Shown here piece by piece: positions 53,251 to 64,000 of a DNA stretch of 64,000 bases (its first letter is position 1; each line of letters starts with the position of its first letter). The notes under the pieces are model-generated. The model worked only from the letters and a program-made list of their open reading frames with translations. It was not told the DNA's origin and searched no databases. The DNA lies in assembly GCA_049860595.1 (NCBI GenBank), contig CP187551.1; one strand, 5' to 3'. The DNA is from Methanocaldococcus sp. 16A. GTDB taxonomy: Archaea; AGJL01; Methanococci; Methanococcales; Methanocaldococcaceae. The translations under genes were made by a program, and so were the position numbers.

Positions 53251-53341
53251 ACGCAACATCATTATAATTAGAAACCCCTATATATACTTTTCGGCGTAAG
53301 ATTTATATAGAGAGGTTTATAAATAACATTTGCCTATAAGG

Positions 53342-53429
53342 GCGGGGGTCGCCAAGCCAGGTCAAAGGCGCCAGATTGAGGGTCTGGTCCCGTAGGGGTT
53401 CGCGGGTTCAAATCCCGTCCCCCGCACCA
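53342..53429 (+). tRNA. tRNA-Leu(GAG)
   Basis: GCGGGGG/CCCCCGC acceptor, CCAGA-TTGAGGG-TCTGG anticodon arm, long variable arm, encoded CCA. Confidence 0.95.
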
Positions 53430-53558
53430 TTTATTGAGCTATTTTTGATGTTTTATAAATAAGTAAGATATAATCGAATTTTAGATTATTTAACTCCCTA
53501 AAATTTTAGAATTATTCACATTATTTTAATTAATGTAAATATTTAAATTTGTGGGATT

Positions 53559-54860
53559 ATGGTATGTTTAGATTTATCACAATATAGGATGATAACAGAT
53601 GTTAAAAACAAAGATAATATGCTAATTCTCGAAATAAATAAAATTTATGAAGTTGAAGTAGAAATTCCTTATGAAGAAGTTGAAATTGATGGCTCAATAA
53701 TAAAAATTAATGCTCATCCAAAAAGAGCTGAAAATATAAAGGTTGGAATTTTAAACTTAATCTCTTACAGCATAGCCAACAATTTAAAGAGCAAGATAAC
53801 AAAAAGAAAAACCATATATATAAATGAGCCAATTCCTTTGGTTGGGCATACAGCTTTTGGTTTAATTGAGAGAGGGAGGAACATTATACAAGTTAGAGGG
53901 CATTGCGGTTGTAATTTAAATTGCATATTCTGCTCAGTGGATGAAGGAGAGTTCTCTAAAACAAGAAAAAACGATTACTACGTTGATTTAGATTATTTAA
54001 TTGAGAATTACAAAAAGATTGTAGATTTTAAAGAAAATAAGTTTATTGAGGCTCACTTAGATGGGCAGGGAGAGCCAGCCCTTTATTATCCATTAGTTGA
54101 TTTGGTTCAAGAATTAGCTGAGATAAATAAAAAAGGTAAAGGTATTGTTTCTATGCAAAGTAATGGGACAGTTTTAGATTATAAGTTAATTGATGAGCTT
54201 GAAGAAGTTGGATTACATAGAATAAATCTATCTATAAATGCTTTAGATGAAAGAATGGCTAAAATGCTCTCTGGTAGGAGAAATTATGATATTGAGAAGA
54301 TTTTAGATATTGCTGAATATATAAAAAACTCTAAGATTCATCTGCTTATAGCTCCTCTTTTATTACCAAACATAAATGATGAGGAATTTAAAAGAGTTAT
54401 TGATTATGCTATTAATTTAGAAAAGAGAAATCCTCAAAATATTATAAACCCTCTAACAGGAAAAAAGGACCCTATTTTAGGATGCCAATTATGTAGAGTT
54501 TATCAATTAGGTAGAAGACCTAAAAAAATGAAGATTTGGGATTTTGAGAAGTTTTATAATTTGTTGAGGAAATATGAGTTAGAATATAAGAAGAATGGCA
54601 TTGAAGTTAAGCTTATTCTATCTCCAAAAGATTTTGGAACGCATAAAAGGAAAAGATTGCCTTATCCATTTAAAGTTGGTGAGATAACAAAGGTAAAAGT
54701 AGTTTTAGATGGAAGAGTTAAAGGAGAAGTTTTGGGAGTAGCTAAAGATAGGGTTATCCAGATAATTAACTGCAATAATGAGCAGAATATAATAGGAAAA
54801 ACAGTTAAAGTAAGAATTTTGAGAAATAAAGACAATATAATTGTTGCTGAAAAGTTATAA
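53559..54860 (+). CDS. Radical SAM protein with C-terminal TRAM-like domain
   Basis: GCNLNCIFCSVDEG, DGQGEP, MQSNG; C-terminal GKTVKVRILRNKDNI. Confidence 0.85.
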   Translation: MVCLDLSQYRMITDVKNKDNMLILEINKIYEVEVEIPYEEVEIDGSIIKINAHPKRAENIKVGILNLISYSIANNLKSKITKRKTIYINEPIPLVGHTAFGLIERGRNIIQVRGHCGCNLNCIFCSVDEGEFSKTRKNDYYVDLDYLIENYKKIVDFKENKFIEAHLDGQGEPALYYPLVDLVQELAEINKKGKGIVSMQSNGTVLDYKLIDELEEVGLHRINLSINALDERMAKMLSGRRNYDIEKILDIAEYIKNSKIHLLIAPLLLPNINDEEFKRVIDYAINLEKRNPQNIINPLTGKKDPILGCQLCRVYQLGRRPKKMKIWDFEKFYNLLRKYELEYKKNGIEVKLILSPKDFGTHKRKRLPYPFKVGEITKVKVVLDGRVKGEVLGVAKDRVIQIINCNNEQNIIGKTVKVRILRNKDNIIVAEKL

Positions 54861-54869
54861 GGTGATAGT

Positions 54870-56819
54870 TTGAATTTAGTTGATTTATACGTAAAGAAAT
54901 TTATGGATTTGATTGAGATTGAAAGAAGATGTGAGATGGACTTTCATAAAAATGAAATTATAAAGTTGGGAAAAAAGAGAGAAAATGTAGGTAGAGCAAT
55001 TTTAAATTTAAAAGGAAAATTTTTAGGAGAGAGCTTAGGATGTACAATTGTCAGATTTGGAAGGAAAAAGCCGTTTAAAACAGAAATCTCTCCTGGAGAT
55101 GTTGTTTTAATCAGCAAAGAAAACCCATTGCAGAGTGATTTATATGCTAATGTGATTTATGTGGGAAAAAACTTTATAGATGTGGCGTTTGATGTTGATG
55201 TTCCAAGATGGGTTTATAAGGAGAGAGTTAGGATTGATTTGTATGTAAATGATATAACATTTAAAAGGATGAAAGAGGCTTTGAGAGAATTTGCAATAAA
55301 AAGGGATAAGTTAGCTTACATTATTTTAGGAATTGAACATCCAGAGAAACCTTTGAGAGAAGATATTGAATTAGAATTTTATGATAAAAGTTTAAATGAA
55401 TCTCAAAAATTAGCTGTTAAAAAAGCAGTTTTAAGTAAAGATTTGTATTTAATACATGGACCTCCAGGAACTGGAAAAACAAGGACTATAACAGAAGTTA
55501 TCGTCCAAGAGGTTAAATTTAATAAGCATAAAGTTTTAGCAACTGCTGATTCAAATATAGCGGCAGATAACATCTTAGAATACCTAATTAAAAAATATCC
55601 TGATTTAAAAGTTGTTAGAGTAGGGCATCCTACAAGGATTTCAAAGGATTTGATACAACACTCTCTACCATATTTAATTGAGAATCATGAGAAATATCAG
55701 GAAATTTTATCTTTAAGGGAAAAAATTAAAGAGATTAAGGAGCAGAGAGATAAATTTTTAAAACCCTCTCCAAAATGGAGAAGAGGTATGAGTGATGAGC
55801 AAATTTTAAAAGTAGCTAAAAGAAAAAAATCTTATAGGGGAATTCCTAAAGAAAAAATTATCAGTATGGCAGAGTGGATTATAAGAAATAAAAAGATTAA
55901 AAAAATCATCAATAATTTAGATGAAATAACAGAAAAAATTATGAATGAAATTTTAAGTGAGGCTGATGTCATTGTAGCAACAAATTCCATGGCTGGCTCA
56001 GAGATTTTAAAAGGATGGGAGTTTGATGTTGTAGTAATTGATGAAGGAAGCCAAGCTATGGAACCATCTTGCTTAATTCCAATTGTTAAAGGAAAAAAAC
56101 TAATTATGGCAGGAGACCACAAGCAATTGCCTCCAACAGTATTGAGTGAAAATGAAGAGCTAAAAAAGACTTTATTTGAGAGATTAATTAAAAAATATCC
56201 AGAATTTTCATCCATATTAGAAATTCAATATAGAATGAATGAAAGAATTATGGAATTTCCAAATAGAATGTTTTATGACAACAAATTAAAAGCTGATAAG
56301 AGCGTTAAAAACATCACCTTATTAGATTTGGTTAATGAGGAAGAGATTGATGAATCCGATAGAGACATTATAAATGAAATTCCAGTTCAGTTTATACATG
56401 TTGAAGGATTAGAAAGAAAAGATAAAGAATCACCATCTTATTATAATATAGAAGAGGCAGAGAAGGTTTTAGAGATAATTAAAAAACTTTTAAAGTATAA
56501 GATACCAACAAACGTCATAACTCCTTACGATGCTCAAGTTAGGTATTTAAGGAGGTTGTTTGAAGAGCACAATATAGATGTGGAAGTTAATACAGTAGAT
56601 GGATTTCAAGGTAGAGAAAATGAGGCAATAGTTATCTCATTTGTAAGAACAAAGAATTTTGGATTTTTGAAAGATTTGAGGAGATTGAATGTTGCTATAA
56701 CAAGAGCTAAGAGGAAATTGATTTTAATAGGTAATGAGAATTTGTTAAAGCAGGATAAAGTTTATAATGAGATGATAAAGTGGTCAAAATCAGTTGAAGA
56801 AAAATATAAACAAAGTTAA
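54870..56819 (+). CDS. SF1 helicase, IGHMBP2/Upf1-like
   Basis: GPPGTGKT, DEGSQ, GDHKQLPP, QYRM, TVDGFQGRE, RRLNVAITRAK. Confidence 0.93.
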   Translation: MNLVDLYVKKFMDLIEIERRCEMDFHKNEIIKLGKKRENVGRAILNLKGKFLGESLGCTIVRFGRKKPFKTEISPGDVVLISKENPLQSDLYANVIYVGKNFIDVAFDVDVPRWVYKERVRIDLYVNDITFKRMKEALREFAIKRDKLAYIILGIEHPEKPLREDIELEFYDKSLNESQKLAVKKAVLSKDLYLIHGPPGTGKTRTITEVIVQEVKFNKHKVLATADSNIAADNILEYLIKKYPDLKVVRVGHPTRISKDLIQHSLPYLIENHEKYQEILSLREKIKEIKEQRDKFLKPSPKWRRGMSDEQILKVAKRKKSYRGIPKEKIISMAEWIIRNKKIKKIINNLDEITEKIMNEILSEADVIVATNSMAGSEILKGWEFDVVVIDEGSQAMEPSCLIPIVKGKKLIMAGDHKQLPPTVLSENEELKKTLFERLIKKYPEFSSILEIQYRMNERIMEFPNRMFYDNKLKADKSVKNITLLDLVNEEEIDESDRDIINEIPVQFIHVEGLERKDKESPSYYNIEEAEKVLEIIKKLLKYKIPTNVITPYDAQVRYLRRLFEEHNIDVEVNTVDGFQGRENEAIVISFVRTKNFGFLKDLRRLNVAITRAKRKLILIGNENLLKQDKVYNEMIKWSKSVEEKYKQS

Positions 56820-56824
56820 TGAAA

Positions 56825-57169
56825 TTAATACATTCTGAATGTTATCTCTACATAAATAGATTCAATTTTAACACATTTAGCAAATCCTAACATCTCCAGT
56901 TGAACTCTTCCAGCTATAATCTCTTTTTCTTCAAAGCCATTTATCATTTGAGGAACTAATGAGACTTTAATAACTCTACCTAAAATACCTTCTGTCCCTG
57001 ATCTCAAATCTTCTCTAAGTGTTGATGTTATAAAAACTAAATCCCCCTCTTTTAAATTTTTAACTGTCTCTAAGTTTAATGCATTAATTAAAGTGAAAGT
57101 TTTTACATGATTTTCAATAAAATCATTAATTGCATTCTCACTAATCCCAAATAATCCATATACTTTCAT
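56825..57169 (-). CDS. DUF473-family protein
   Basis: 114-aa archaeal conserved protein (GIS...GDLVFIT...GTEGI); family call from memory. Confidence 0.6.
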   Translation of the reverse strand: MKVYGLFGISENAINDFIENHVKTFTLINALNLETVKNLKEGDLVFITSTLREDLRSGTEGILGRVIKVSLVPQMINGFEEKEIIAGRVQLEMLGFAKCVKIESIYVEITFRMY

Positions 57170-57182
57170 AATTTCACCAGAT

Positions 57183-57899
57183 TTAAATATACATTGGATA
57201 TTCCTTTCTGCTCTTTGACATCATCTTCAAATGTTGTTCTGCCAATTCTTTGAGTTTGTTTTCAATAGCTTCAGCCTCTTTAATAAGATTCTCAATACTT
57301 ATGTTTAGGTTGAACATTTTATTCAAAACTTCTAATAGGTTAGCTCCACCTCTTGGGTCTGGTCTAACTCCAACAGTCTCAGCTAACAAGCCAATAGCAT
57401 CAAATCCATTATCTTGACATTTTATCAGTAAATTTCCACTTATTCCCCCCACAATACCAAAATCAAATATTTCAACATAATTTTTTAAGTCCTCTATTAA
57501 TTCTTCTTTATTGGCTATTCCAAATACTTTTTCTGATTTTCCAGCTACTATTCCCCCAAGAGAAACAAATAGCTTTGGATTTTTATTTGAGAAGGTTTTG
57601 ACTATAAACTCAGCCAATTCATTAATCTTAAGTGGAGGGATTATTACATCTGAAAATAAGATAATTAAATCATTTTTTGCATAAGCTCTCACTGGAGGAT
57701 ATGGAATGCCCTTCTCAACAGTTACAAGTGGAGGAATTCCCTCAATCTCAAAGTATCCAAAATATTTTAAGTTGAGCTCTTTTATTATTTGAAATGCAGC
57801 AATACTGCCAACTAACCCAGTGCCAGGAAATGCTTCAATAATTATTGGCTGTTCAAACTCTATTTTTGCTTTCTCAATAAACTTCATACTACCCCCCAA
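57183..57899 (-). CDS. Proteasome assembly chaperone (PAC2/PbaA-like)
   Basis: FPGTGLVGSIA, PPVRAY, GISGNLL, PDPRGGA, C-terminal MYI. Confidence 0.85.
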   Translation of the reverse strand: MGGSMKFIEKAKIEFEQPIIIEAFPGTGLVGSIAAFQIIKELNLKYFGYFEIEGIPPLVTVEKGIPYPPVRAYAKNDLIILFSDVIIPPLKINELAEFIVKTFSNKNPKLFVSLGGIVAGKSEKVFGIANKEELIEDLKNYVEIFDFGIVGGISGNLLIKCQDNGFDAIGLLAETVGVRPDPRGGANLLEVLNKMFNLNISIENLIKEAEAIENKLKELAEQHLKMMSKSRKEYPMYI

Positions 57900-57914
57900 A
57901 TTTAGCTAAATAAT

Positions 57915-58059
57915 AATAGGACTTTCGTAGGAATTTTTGTTAAATATAGATACATAAATATGTCAAAGTTCTAAATTTAATATATAAACTGCGAAAGTCC
58001 TATTTAAAGTGCATTTAACCTATTATTCATTGGTATTTTATTCGTGCAAAAGTCCTATT
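57915..58059. repeat. Palindromic repeat copy (57915-58004) followed by an extra right-end fragment
   Basis: AATAGGACTTTCGTAG...CTGCGAAAGTCCTATT, then second GTGCAAAAGTCCTATT ending 58059. Confidence 0.75.
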
Positions 58060-58126
58060 ATAAAATAATTTTATTAACTTAATTACATTTATAGTTTTCA
58101 TTTTCTTCTATTAACTATGAAAGTTT

Positions 58127-59716
58127 ATGAGGGAGATTATGAAAATACTAATAATAACTGGAAAATTAGCTGAAAAGAAAGTTAAAAAAGCTGTGGAAAA
58201 ATACGATTTTGTGGATGTTCATGTAGCGAATATTTCAGTAGCGGCTTTTTTAACACCAAACTTAATAATTAAAGAAATTAAAAAATTAGAAAACAAATTT
58301 GGAAAAAAATTAAAGGATATCTACGATTTTGTTTTAGTAACTGGATTGATAAGGCATGATTTAAAGAAGGTTGAGGAAGAGACTGGAATAAAATGCTTTA
58401 AATCTACGAGAGAGGCTTCTGATATTCCAATACTAATTGAAAATTTAGATAAAATAAAGCTATCCACTAAAGAATATGCCGATTTACAGCTATTGGAGAT
58501 TATTAGAGAGAGATGTGAAGAAGAGATTAAAAATGCAGAAGAACAGGAGTTAGGAGATGGAGATATAAAGATAGGTAAGTTAAAGGTTGGGGATAAATTT
58601 CCTATGAGAGTTTTGGGAGAGATAGTCCATGCCCCATGGCTAAAAGAAAAAGAGTTAGAGGAGAAAATAATATACTACTTAGAAAGTGGGGCAGATATGA
58701 TTGATTTGGGAATGGTTAGCAACGAAAACAATGCAGACAAAATTAAGGAGATGTTAAAAATAGCGAGAGATTTAACTGATAATCCAATTAGCGTAGATAC
58801 TTTAAACACAAAAGAGTTGATTGAAGCAATAAATTTAGGGGCAGATATGGTTTTGAGTGTTGATGCTGGAAATATGGATGAGTTAATTCCTTATTTGAAA
58901 GATTCAGATACTGCAGTGGTTGTTTTACCAACAAATTATAAAACAAACTATATCCCAGAGACGATTGAAGGAAAGATTAAGTATTTAGAGGAGAATATAA
59001 AAAAATTATTGGATGCAGGAGTTGAAAAGATAGTTGGTGACCCAATATTAGAGCCAATAAACAACAGTGGTTGTAGTTTTATAGAAAGTGTTATTGCATG
59101 TAGAGAATTTAAAAAAAGAAATAAACTCCCACTATTTTTTGGTGTTGGGAATGTTACAGAGCTTTTTGATGCTGATAGTAATGGAGTTAATGCTTTATTG
59201 GCAGCAATTGCTTCTGAGATTAATGCTAACATATTATTTACACCAGAAGCGAGTGCAAAATGCAAATTTTCAATAAAAGAGTTAAAGATTGCTTCAAAGA
59301 TGATGTTTTTAGCTAAAAAAAGGAATTCTTTACCAAAAGATATTGGTTATAATTTGATAAATTATAAGGATAAGAGATTTGATGAGGAAATAACTTTTAA
59401 CAACTATAAAGTTCCAATAATTAAAGCTGAAGAGGATAAAAAACAAATATTGGATGAAGGAAGTTTTAAAATTGAAATTGACAGAAAAAATAAAGAAATT
59501 GTAGCAATATACTTTAATAAAAGAAGAGAACCAGTTTTAATTATTAAAGGTAAGAAACCAAAAGAAATTTATGAAACCGCGATAAGATTAAATTTAATAA
59601 AAAAGATTGACCATGCCGCATATTTTGGTAGGGAGTTGGCTAAGGCAGAGATAGCTTTAAAAATAGGTAAAAAATACAATCAGGACTTTGATTTGTTTTA
59701 TAATGAATTTTGGTGA
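58127..59716 (+). CDS. Dihydropteroate synthase-like protein with C-terminal DUF4346-like domain
   Basis: Pterin-binding barrel (GADMIDLG, ISVDTLN, GDPILEP, GNVTELFDADS); C-terminal HAAYFGRELAKAEIAL. Confidence 0.8.
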   Translation: MREIMKILIITGKLAEKKVKKAVEKYDFVDVHVANISVAAFLTPNLIIKEIKKLENKFGKKLKDIYDFVLVTGLIRHDLKKVEEETGIKCFKSTREASDIPILIENLDKIKLSTKEYADLQLLEIIRERCEEEIKNAEEQELGDGDIKIGKLKVGDKFPMRVLGEIVHAPWLKEKELEEKIIYYLESGADMIDLGMVSNENNADKIKEMLKIARDLTDNPISVDTLNTKELIEAINLGADMVLSVDAGNMDELIPYLKDSDTAVVVLPTNYKTNYIPETIEGKIKYLEENIKKLLDAGVEKIVGDPILEPINNSGCSFIESVIACREFKKRNKLPLFFGVGNVTELFDADSNGVNALLAAIASEINANILFTPEASAKCKFSIKELKIASKMMFLAKKRNSLPKDIGYNLINYKDKRFDEEITFNNYKVPIIKAEEDKKQILDEGSFKIEIDRKNKEIVAIYFNKRREPVLIIKGKKPKEIYETAIRLNLIKKIDHAAYFGRELAKAEIALKIGKKYNQDFDLFYNEFW

Positions 59717-61056
59717 AGATAATGAGAAAAACTAAAATTTTAGTTACCTTAGGCCCTTCCTTAGAAAATAAACTAGATAAAGCAGTAAATTTAATAGATG
59801 GAGTTAGGTTTAATATGTCTCATGCTACAACAGATTATTGTGAAAAGTTTTTGAATATATTGGAAAAAAATAACATTGCCAAAGTCATGGATTTGAAGGG
59901 AATAAAGATTAGAGTAAAAAAAGTTAGATTAAAAAATAAAATATTAAAAAAGGGGGAAAAAGTTGTTATTGGGGAGGATATAAAATTTAACTACAACATA
60001 GACACAATTGAAGAGGAGCATTATATTTTAATTAACGATGGAAAAATTAAGCTAAAAGTTTTAGAAAAAAATGATGATAAAATTATCGCTATTGTAGAAG
60101 TTGGTGGTGAAATTAGAGAGGGAATGGGAGTAAATCTTCCAGATACAAAAATTGAATTACCAATAATTGATGAAATTGATTTAGAAAATATAAAATTTGC
60201 TGTAGAAAAGGACTTTGAATATATTGCCTTATCATTTGTTAGAAATAAAGAAGATGTTAAGGAATTAAAAGATATTATAGCAGAATATAAAGGAGGTTGT
60301 GAGGTAATATCAAAAATAGAGACAAGAGAAGGTCTAAAGAATATAAAAGAGATAGCAAGAGAAAGTGATGGAGTGATGGTAGCAAGGGGAGATTTGGGTG
60401 TAGAGATTCCAATAGAAAATATTCCAATTGAACAAAAGAAGATATTAAGGATAGCTAATAGATATGGGATTCTGTCAATAACTGCCACACAAATTTTGGA
60501 TTCTATGGTATATAATCCATTTCCAACGAGAGCTGAAGTTACAGACATAGCTAATGCCATATACGATGGAACTGACTGTTTAATGCTGTCCAACGAAACG
60601 ACTATTGGAAAATATCCAATAGAGGCAATAAAAGTATTAAATAAAGTTGCTGAAATGGCTGATAAACATTATGAAGAGTTTGGAGATATTGTTTGTTTAG
60701 AGGTTGAGAGTATTGATGAAGGTTTGGTATATGCTGTTTATGAGCTATATAAGAAACTAAATACAGAATTAATTATAGCCCCAACATATTCTGGAAGAAC
60801 TGCTAAGTTAATATCTAAATTAAGGATAAATAGTAAAATAATAGCACCTACACCAAATTTAAAAACTTTAAAAAAGTTGAGATTAGTTTGGGGTGTTGAA
60901 AGCTGTTTGATGAAAGAATTTGATAATGTAGAGAGTATAATCAACGCCTGTAGGGAGATAGCTAGAAAAGAAATTGAGAAAGGAATCTATTTAATAACAT
61001 TAGGTCATCCAATAGGTAAAAAGAAAACAAACACTATAAAAGTTGAGAGTATCTAA
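59710..61056 (+). CDS. pyk: Pyruvate kinase
   Basis: TKILVTLGPS, RFNMSH, ISKIET, MVARGDLGVE, ATQILDSM, PTRAEVTD. Confidence 0.97.
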   Translation: MVKIMRKTKILVTLGPSLENKLDKAVNLIDGVRFNMSHATTDYCEKFLNILEKNNIAKVMDLKGIKIRVKKVRLKNKILKKGEKVVIGEDIKFNYNIDTIEEEHYILINDGKIKLKVLEKNDDKIIAIVEVGGEIREGMGVNLPDTKIELPIIDEIDLENIKFAVEKDFEYIALSFVRNKEDVKELKDIIAEYKGGCEVISKIETREGLKNIKEIARESDGVMVARGDLGVEIPIENIPIEQKKILRIANRYGILSITATQILDSMVYNPFPTRAEVTDIANAIYDGTDCLMLSNETTIGKYPIEAIKVLNKVAEMADKHYEEFGDIVCLEVESIDEGLVYAVYELYKKLNTELIIAPTYSGRTAKLISKLRINSKIIAPTPNLKTLKKLRLVWGVESCLMKEFDNVESIINACREIARKEIEKGIYLITLGHPIGKKKTNTIKVESI

Positions 61057-61159
61057 ATATGACTTTCGCAGTTTATATATTTAGTCAATGAAAATATAAT
61101 GCCTTTGGCATCAAATATAAAATATACCTTTTAATATCTATTTATGCGAAAGTCCTATT
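61056..61159. repeat. Palindromic repeat copy filling the convergent pyk/suhB gap
   Basis: AATATGACTTTCGCAG...TGCGAAAGTCCTATT. Confidence 0.8.
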
Positions 61160-61916
61160 ATAAAATGTCTAAAATTATATCCAACATTTCTTTGCTATTT
61201 GCTACAATAATATTTATTCTGTCTGCTGCATTTAGCTCAAATTTCAACTCATCTCCATTCTCATCCGTTATTAAAGCTCCAGCCTCTTTGCATATTATAT
61301 ATGATGAAGCAATATCAACAGCTCTAACTTTAGGGCGGACATCAAAAACAGCATCTAAAGTGCCTTTAGCTACATAGCACATTTCTAAGCCAAAGGCTCC
61401 AAATATTCTAACTCTTTTAATTTTTTCTCTTAATTTTTTAATGTCTATATTATTGTTGGGATAGTAACTTATAGTTATGTCATTAGGATTGAATTCTTTA
61501 ACTTTTATTTTTTCTCCATTTAAATATGCTCCTTTTCTACTATATGCTTCATAAATGTTTTTAGTTAAAAATTCATAAGTTAAGCCATAATATGGTTTGT
61601 TATTTTTAAATACTCCAAAGCAGAATGCAAAAAATGGAATTCCGTTTATAAAATTGAATGAGCCATCTATTGGGTCTATAACTACAGTCCATTCACTTCC
61701 ATTGTCTATAACTCCAATTTCTTCACTTACAATATTTACATTCAAAGGTTGTAGGTAATTTAAAGCAATATTTTCACTTAGTTTATCAAAAATTTCAGTT
61801 TCATCTCCACTTGGCGACCTTCCAACAACATAGGATTTATCTTTTCTACCAAAATAATCTAATATATTTTTTTCAATTTCTTTTACTATATTTTTCCCAA
61901 TCTCATCCCATTTCAT
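61158..61916 (-). CDS. suhB: Bifunctional fructose-1,6-bisphosphatase / inositol monophosphatase
   Basis: SEE, IDPIDGSFNF, RIFGA, DIAS motifs. Confidence 0.93.
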   Translation of the reverse strand: MKWDEIGKNIVKEIEKNILDYFGRKDKSYVVGRSPSGDETEIFDKLSENIALNYLQPLNVNIVSEEIGVIDNGSEWTVVIDPIDGSFNFINGIPFFAFCFGVFKNNKPYYGLTYEFLTKNIYEAYSRKGAYLNGEKIKVKEFNPNDITISYYPNNNIDIKKLREKIKRVRIFGAFGLEMCYVAKGTLDAVFDVRPKVRAVDIASSYIICKEAGALITDENGDELKFELNAADRINIIVANSKEMLDIILDIL

Positions 61917-62179
61917 TTTCTCATCTCATCCTTTATTTTTAAGTAGGTTATCGGTATCCAAAACATTAAAGATAAAATGTTAAATACTATTATAGGGTAA
62001 TCTCTCTTTAATATTCCATACACCAACCAGAGAGTTAATCCAGTTGTGAATGTTATAACAAAAGCTAATGAGATATTGCTCATATCCCTCTCCTTCAACG
62101 ACTTTATTAATTGAGGGAGAGATGCAAAGGTTGTTAAAGTTCCTGCAATATATCCAATAATAGTTACATCAAAATCCAT
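61913..62179 (-). CDS. SemiSWEET / PQ-loop family transporter
   Basis: 88 aa, 3 TM, LPQLIK motif. Confidence 0.85.
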   Translation of the reverse strand: MDFDVTIIGYIAGTLTTFASLPQLIKSLKERDMSNISLAFVITFTTGLTLWLVYGILKRDYPIIVFNILSLMFWIPITYLKIKDEMRK

Positions 62180-62243
62180 ATTTAATCACCAATAAGAATA
62201 TTGTAAATTTTTAAAGGAATTTATATAGATATAGGTGGGATAA

Positions 62244-63434
62244 ATGGATATACTAAAGCTGTTAAAAGATAAAAAGATACTAATTTTGATTATATTTCTT
62301 ACTCTATCAGTATTTCTAATAGTATTTAAAGGAATTGATTATGGAATTGATTTAAGCGGAGGAACAGTTATTGTTTTAAAGGCAGAGAGACCAATGACTG
62401 ATGAAGAGCTACAATTAACAGTAGATATTATTGAGAAAAGATTAAATGCAAATGGTTTAAGTGATATAACTGTTTATCCAAGAGGAAATGATGAAATTAT
62501 TGTTATGATTCCCAACAGCTCAGACACTGAGAGAATAATTAAAGTTTTAGAACATCAAGGGGTTTTTGAAGCGAAGATTGATAATATAACTGTCTACACA
62601 GGAAAAGATGTTAAGCTTGTTGAACCTCCAACGAAGATTCCACAAGAAAATGGATGGGCTTATGGAGTTCCTTTTGAATTAACATTAGAAGGTGCCAAAA
62701 AGTTTGCTGAACTTGCTAAAGGTAAGGCATATCACAAAGTTGAGCTATATATGGATGGTAAGCTGATATCAGCTCCTGTCTTATCTCCAGATTTGGCAGA
62801 TGGAAGACCTCATCCAAAGCAGGTTATTACTGTTGGTAGCTACCCTCCAACTAAAGATGAGATTGATGAAGCAATGGCTATATATTCAGCTTTAAAATCT
62901 GGTGCTTTGCCAGTAAAATTGGATATCGAATATACCTATGCAGTTTCATCAGAGTTTGGTAAAGAATTTTTAAAAGGAACAGCTATTGCTTTACTATTGG
63001 CATTTATAGCAGTTGGAATAATTGTTAGTGTGAGATACAAACAACCAAAGATAGCTATTCCAATCCTAATAACATGTTTATCAGAAATTATTATAATATT
63101 AGGATTTGCTTCTTTAATAAATTGGAAATTAGATTTACCTTCAATAGCAGGTATTATAGCGGCTGTGGGGACAGGGGTTGATAACCAAATTGTTATAACT
63201 GATGAGACATTGAAAAGAGGAGCTGGAAAAATAAGAGCAAGTATTAAAAGAGCCTTCTTTATAATATTTGCTTCAGCCTCTACATCTATAGCGGCTATGT
63301 TACCTTTATTTGTGCTTGGTGTAGGAATGTTAAAAGGGTTTGCAATAACTACAATAGCAGGAGTTTTAATAGGGATATTTATAACAAGACCTGCATTTGC
63401 AAGAATTGTAGAAGAAATGTTTAAAAAATACTAA
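62244..63434 (+). CDS. secD: Protein translocase subunit SecD
   Basis: GIDLSGG, LKSGALP, IAGII..GTGVDNQIVI, LKGFAITT. Confidence 0.95.
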   Translation: MDILKLLKDKKILILIIFLTLSVFLIVFKGIDYGIDLSGGTVIVLKAERPMTDEELQLTVDIIEKRLNANGLSDITVYPRGNDEIIVMIPNSSDTERIIKVLEHQGVFEAKIDNITVYTGKDVKLVEPPTKIPQENGWAYGVPFELTLEGAKKFAELAKGKAYHKVELYMDGKLISAPVLSPDLADGRPHPKQVITVGSYPPTKDEIDEAMAIYSALKSGALPVKLDIEYTYAVSSEFGKEFLKGTAIALLLAFIAVGIIVSVRYKQPKIAIPILITCLSEIIIILGFASLINWKLDLPSIAGIIAAVGTGVDNQIVITDETLKRGAGKIRASIKRAFFIIFASASTSIAAMLPLFVLGVGMLKGFAITTIAGVLIGIFITRPAFARIVEEMFKKY

Positions 63435-63468
63435 ATATCATCTATTTTTATTTTTAATTTAAAAGAGA

Positions 63469-64000
63469 GACGATGTCAAGATAAGAGAAGGAAGAAGTTA
63501 TAGAGAGAGGAGAAAGATTTGAGCCAACTAATGACGGTTGAGAATTTAGTGTTATTTGGGAATCGATTATAGAAAGAATTAGTTCTTCGTTTGAGTAGGG
63601 AGAAGAAACTTTCGACACAATTTCTTAAACCGAATCGAACTCTTTCGAATTTTAAGCCTAATTTTTGTAGTGCCCATGATACCATTTGCCACCATCGACT
63701 AAAATCTTTGGTTTATTCGAGCAAAATTTTAATATACTTTTTACGAATAAGATAGTATCGAGGTAGCATCTTGTTTTAGAGACATAGATGGCTAAACATT
63801 CTTTAGAATCCACATCGATAGCAGACCATACATAAATAGTTTCATTTCCAAGCTTTAGTTTAGTTTCATCGATTGCTATTAGATTTCTTGTCTTTTTCTC
63901 AGGCTCGTTTAGAATCTCCTTAATCTTGTGATAATATATTCTAACCGATTCATGGCTTATACTCTCAAACTGTGAAAGAAACAAACTAACCTTTCTTAAC
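63469..64000 (-). mobile_element. Second IS6-family copy (partial at window edge)
   Basis: Right TIR GACGATGTCAAGATAA at 63469-63484 identical to that of the 2807-3501 copy; body highly similar. Confidence 0.9.
63476..64000 (-). pseudogene. Frameshifted IS6 transposase
   Basis: TGG TAT CCG TGG in intact copy vs TGG TAT CA TGG here (1-nt loss near 63678); split into ORFs 63658-63984 and 63476-63685. Confidence 0.85.

Noticed and set aside
63658-63685. Programmed frameshift in second IS copy
   Set aside because: The intact copy encodes one continuous ORF and there is no slippery run at the site; a 1-nt deletion (or sequencing error) explains it

Overview
AT-rich archaeal chromosome segment, almost certainly a Methanocaldococcus (hyperthermophilic methanogen), judged by gene content, GGTGA ribosome-binding sites and Methanocaldococcus-type palindromic repeats. 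The right two-thirds is mostly housekeeping: lysC, pheT, trkA, thrB, glmU/glmM, mfnB, lysA, argC, hemC, dtxR-feoAB, homocysteine synthesis genes, srp54, ubiX, pyk, suhB, secD and three tRNAs, one with an intron. It also carries many ~100-bp palindromic repeats. Two IS6-family copies are present, one intact near the left end and one frameshifted at the right edge. The standout is a ~21-kb corrinoid/metal-scavenging region (~6.9-27.9 kb) with cbiZ, cobN, radical SAM genes and a BtuCD/FecCD-type ABC transporter. Its two substrate-binding proteins have no lipid or TM anchor and instead carry N-terminal dockerin modules. They are encoded among four secreted proteins with cohesin-like domains: three have C-terminal membrane anchors, and one is a 1,126-aa multi-cohesin/CARDB scaffoldin ending in an S-layer-type domain. 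This looks like a cellulosome-style cohesin-dockerin scaffold repurposed to display ABC binding proteins for nutrient (probably corrinoid) capture. Other points: an orphan HEPN-motif gene, a GC-rich hairpin array between tRNA-Arg and lysA, a duplicated 42-bp promoter, nested repeats and repeats that supply gene ends. Domain calls are by eye or from memory; no searches were run.
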